This document shows, piece by piece, positions 21,060-24,801 of a stretch of DNA of 24,801 nucleotides. The first letter of the stretch is position 1; every line of letters begins with the position of its first letter. The notes under the pieces were generated by a model that did not search any database, was not told the origin of the DNA, and saw only the letters and a program-made list of their open reading frames with translations. The DNA lies in the NCBI RefSeq assembly GCF_006345805.1, contig NW_021836275.1, forward strand, positions 1 to 24,801, given 5' to 3'. Both the position numbers and the translations under genes were made by a program. Source of the stretch: Octopus sinensis (lineage: Eukaryota).

Positions 21060-21587
21060 GTGATTGCTGTTGCTGTTGTTGTTCTTGGTGGTGGCGGGGG
21101 TGGTAGTGGTGGCGGTGGTGGTGGGGGTAGCGGTGGTGGTGGTGGTGGTGGTGGTGGTGGTGGTGGTGGTGGTCATCGTCGCCGTGGTATGCGTGTCTGT
21201 TACAGAAGTAGGGGTAGCAACTGTGATATTTGTGGTGGTGTTGTTGAAGATGGTCGTAGTGGTAGTGGTGATAATGGTGCTGTGGACAGTAATCGGTGGC
21301 GGTGGCGGTAGTACTAATGGTGGTGGGTGGTGGTGGTGGTGGTGATGGCGGTAGTGGTAGCGAGTAGTGGTGTCGGTGATGGTGGTGCTGCAACTGCTGG
21401 TGGCGGGGGCCCTGGTACTAGTAATGGTGGTGGTGGTGGTGGATGGTGTGGTGGTGGCGGTGGTGGGTGTGGTGGCGGTGGCGGCGACGGCGGTGGCGGT
21501 GGCGGCGACGGCGGTGGCGGTGGCGGTGGCGGCGACGGCGGTGGCGGTGGCGGCGACGGCGGCGTTGATGGTGGTGGTGAGAGTAGA
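21060..21587. repeat. (GGT/GGC/GTT)n compound trinucleotide low-complexity tract
   Basis: Direct reading; long ORFs open in several frames on both strands, as expected for stop-poor repeats. Confidence 0.9.
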
Positions 21588-22313
21588 CCACATTTAAAAC
21601 GAAACCATCCAACTGTTTCGTAAACACTCACGACTCAGTTAACACACACACATACTGCTCTCTCTCTCTCTCCTCACTGTGGTTCTAGTACCACTACTAC
21701 AACATCCTCTGCTCCACTATAGTTACCTACCGCTTTCCACCACCTTAAATCTTTAGTATAAGGTGCGATTCGAGAGGGATTTGGGTGTTATTTTTAGCAG
21801 ATCAAGTTACCGTGTAGCGGTTCTCTCATTAGTTTTGGTGGTGGAACGCGTGCAAATACTTTTGTTGCTTTTGTTGTTTAGACCCGAAGCCATTCCTTGT
21901 GCAGAAGACATGACCAAAATGCATTCCAGTTGTGACCAACCATCCTCAACATGTAAAGCACACATTGTGTGGTTGGTTTAAAACGGTAGTGTCACTTGAG
22001 GGACATGTGGCTGGTATTTCTACGATTTTAAGCGACCACGTAGTGACTCCCTTGTTGTCTCATGTGTGTCGTTAAAGGTGGGGGGGGGGCAAAGGTGTCG
22101 CTGGAGTGGTTAGGGGTGGTGCTAGTGTCAAAGAGAGGGCAAATCCTTGTGAAAAGAGCCAAATTCTTGGCGGCAGGAAGTCGTTTATAAATGGCGGACT
22201 TGTAACACTTGATAAAAGACATTTGTAAAGAGTTATGGCTTCTACAACCGTTCACATATCTACGCAGAGTGTAGTGGCCACTTGGACAAATGTGTGAACG
22301 TGTATATGCGTGC

Positions 22314-22351
<38 letters not shown>

Positions 22352-22530
22352 CACTGTGCACGGGTGTATATTCTGTGTGTATATTACTGTGTATATGTTG
22401 TCTGTGTGCTTTCGACGAGAGATTTGTTTCACCTTTTTACACCAATGATAACCAATCGTACGATATACAAGCATTCAACATTCTATCCCCCTCTCTCTAA
22501 CTTTTCACACACACACACACACACACACAT

Positions 22531-22901
22531 CTTTTTCTTTTATTTGTTTCTGTCATTAGACTGCGGCCATGCTGGGGCACCGCCTTGAAGAATTCTTAAT
22601 CGAATGTATCAGTCGCACTGCTTATTTTTTTTTTAGAGCTTGGCACTTACTTCCTCGGTGTTATAAAGACGTAAACACACCGACACCGGTTGTCAGATGG
22701 TGGGGGGAAAGGGGAGAAAAACAAACACAAAGACACATACACACACATATGTACGACAGGCTTTTTTCAGTTTCCATCTACCAAATCCGATCATAAGGTC
22801 GGCCCGTGGCTATAGTAGAAGACACTCTCCCTAGGTGCCACGGAGTGGCACTGAACCTGGAAGCGTGTAGTCGGAAAGCAAACTTCTTACACGCAGCCAC
22901 G

Positions 22902-22904
<3 letters not shown>
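22531..22904 (-). mobile_element. 3212-type tRNA SINE, near full length, diverged
   Basis: Reverse complement carries the tail (CTGCGGCCATGCTGGGGCACCGCC on +) and the head (ACTGAACC..CAGCCACGCC on +). Confidence 0.85.
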
Positions 22905-22939
<35 letters not shown>

Positions 22940-22997
22940 GGAGTAAACACATAAATGTGAAACAAGGTGGAAAAAAGTATATATATATATATATATA

Positions 22998-23200
22998 TCT
23001 TTCTTTTACTTCTTTCAATCTTTTAATTGCGACCATACTGGGGCACCGCTTTTAGTCGATCAAATCGACCCCAGGACTTTCCTTGTAAGCCTAGTACATA
23101 TTCTATCGGTCACTTTTGCTGAACGGCTAAGTTACGGGAACGTAAACATACCAACATTGGTTGTCAAGCGATGTTGGCTGGAACAAACACAGACACACAT
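22998..23200 (-). mobile_element. 3' half of 3212-type SINE
   Basis: GGGGCACCGCTTTAGTCGATCAAATCGACCCCAGG..ATTCTATCGGTC..GGTTGTCAAGC is the reverse complement of about 3475-3650. Confidence 0.85.
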
Positions 23201-23277
23201 ACATGCATACATACACTCATACATACATAATACATACATATACATATATACATATATATATATATACCTTGCACTTT

Positions 23278-23700
23278 TTATCTTTTTCTTGTTTCAGTCA
23301 TTTAAAGTGGGGCCAAGCTGGAGCAATGCCTTGAAGAGTTTATTCGAACACACTGACACCAGTATTTTATATATTCTATTGGTGTCTTTTTGCCGAACTA
23401 CCAAGTTACAGCAGACATAAACAAACCAGCACCGATTGTCAAGTGTTGGTGGAAGACAATCACACACACACGCATACATATATCTCGTTCTATCTATGTA
23501 TGTATGTGTGTGTGTGTGTGTGTGTATGTGTGTGTGTGTGTGTGTATATATGTGTGTGTGTACAACAGGTTTCTTTCGGTTTCCGGCTACCAATTCACTC
23601 ACAAGGCGTTGGTCGGCTTACGGCTACAGGTGTCCCGCAGAAGGACTGAACCTGGAACCATGTAGTTGAGAAGCAAACTCCCAACCCTGCAGCCACTTCT
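23278..23700 (-). mobile_element. 3212-type tRNA SINE, near full length, diverged
   Basis: Tail TTGTTTCAGTCATTT..GCTGGAGCA, internal (TG)n, head GGACTGAACCTGGAACCATGT..GCAGCCAC on +. Confidence 0.8.
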
Positions 23701-23958
23701 ACACACAGGCGCGCACACTCACACACACACACTTTTCTCACTATGAATATGTAACAGCTTAAGACCTCCCACTACCTCCAGCATAGACATTTGGTCGAAC
23801 ATCAATTTTGATATATATATATATAGGATAAAATTTCTCGAAAAAAATTTTATCAATGGTCAGCATATTAAAAAATACCTTTAAAGGTATGGACGGTGTG
23901 TCTAGTTTCGGCATATTTGACATTAGAAATTTTTTTCTTTTGCCCTTGTTTATAAGTT

Positions 23959-23989
<31 letters not shown>

Positions 23990-24032
23990 GCAATAATAAT
24001 TCTCTAAACGAGATATAGACAGTAACTGCTCC

Positions 24033-24447
24033 ATAACAAAAGGGACATTAGCCATTTGAATGTGGCTAGGGACAGGGCAGGGCGGTGGGGGTGTTACTGT
24101 TGCATTTAGCCCCAGGCGAACATCAACGTCACCAGAAAGGCTTGACACCATCACGGCGTCCTCTATCCTGCAAGTGAAAATCTATATATAAATATCCTGC
24201 ACAGAGAGTCGTTCGTCGAGGGGCGGTGCCTACCATACGTTGACGAGAGGCAAACACCTCGAAACCTGGGTCCGTATGTGGCTTCCGCTTCTTCGGTGAA
24301 TGATCTCCCTTTGCAGATTAGAGGACGCCGTGATGGTGTCAAGCCTTTCTGGTGACGTTGATGTTCGCCTGGGGCTAAATGCAACAGTAACACCCCCACC
24401 GCCCTGTCCTGTCCCTAGCCACATTCAAATGGCTAATGTCCCTTTTG

Positions 24448-24451
<4 letters not shown>
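24033..24451 (+). mobile_element. Element with 133-bp inverted repeats enclosing a hammerhead ribozyme; right end at (TA)n
   Basis: 24033-24165 versus 24319-24451: 132/133 identical as reverse complements (extends imperfectly to 24173/24311). Hammerhead at 24234-24278. Confidence 0.8.
24234..24278 (+). ncRNA. Type I hammerhead ribozyme (C3U variant)
   Basis: Stem I CATACG/CGTATG, core TTGACGA, stem II GAGG-CAAACA-CCTC, GAAA, stem III AC-CTGG-GT, GUC site (cut predicted after 24272). Confidence 0.8.
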
Positions 24452-24494
<43 letters not shown>

Positions 24495-24499
<5 letters not shown>

Positions 24500-24655
24500 T
24501 ATGTTACATTACTCAATAGTCAAGATAAAACTCTGAGTTTCAGATGCCGAAGTGGAAATCCACAACACCATCCCTTCGGTTATCTGGTCATCTGAAAAAC
24601 GCTATGAAAAAAATACCGTTAAATAAAGGGAAATTACTGTATTATAATTCTGCGC
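24495..24655 (-). mobile_element. Copy of the 15341-15510 repeat
   Basis: Reverse-complement alignment; hammerhead-like fold at 24523-24585(-); 3' end at (TA)n 24451-24494. Confidence 0.7.
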
Positions 24656-24703
24656 GCGAAAACCCACGTGCGTACTTATACGTCACCATGGAAACGTACA
24701 CAT

Positions 24704-24801
24704 CTTCACTCGCATTTTTCGCCAAATATATATACAATCTCATACTTACGCATGTGTGTGTATGAGATTGTATATATATTTGGCGAAAATTGCGAGTGAA
24801 G
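24704..24801. repeat. Hairpin with 42-bp arms and 14-nt spacer (may extend past the window)
   Basis: 24704-24745 versus 24760-24801: 41/42 identical as reverse complements. Confidence 0.9.

Noticed and set aside
20991-21631. Poly-Thr/Ala, poly-Pro (extensin/formin-like), poly-Gly and poly-His ORFs
   Set aside because: All overlap one trinucleotide tract; no unique flanking coding sequence.
21773-22050. Two loosely similar GAGGGA..TATTT.TA..A..AC...GTAG segments (about 21775 and 22000)
   Set aside because: Probably old repeat ends, but similarity is too low to define by eye.
23890-23935. Minus-strand CCGAAACTAGAC as a hammerhead 3' half
   Set aside because: Cleavage triplet and core both need several substitutions; chance is plausible.
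24680-24703. GGAAACGTACAC as a minimal hammerhead
   Set aside because: No core or stem II upstream.

Overview
AT-rich, repeat-saturated animal genomic DNA. The SINE and microsatellite content looks like a coleoid cephalopod, most likely Octopus (recognition-based inference, not a database match). I find no host protein-coding exon. Almost all listed ORFs are translations of (TA)n, (TG)n, (TATG)n, (TCTA)n and (GGT)n tracts, or decayed retrotransposon frames. Recognisable elements are: a 5'-truncated, frameshifted RTE/BovB-like LINE (12733-15269, -); a rearranged second RTE-type LINE fragment (4179-4890); two CR1-like LINE 3' ends; two decayed R4/Dong-like (restriction-like endonuclease) LINEs, each embedded in (TATG)n arrays; a Tigger/pogo-like remnant; and about 9 tRNA-derived SINE copies or fragments. 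The most striking signal is a set of short elements from several unrelated sequence families. Most end at (TA)n tracts, several carry an inverted copy of their own 3' end, and most contain a type I hammerhead-ribozyme fold with a short, often palindromic stem III. The best example is 24234-24278. This matches the known terminal architecture of Penelope-like elements, but no Penelope RT or GIY-YIG coding sequence is present in the window. All RNA folds were read by eye and none has been tested for activity.
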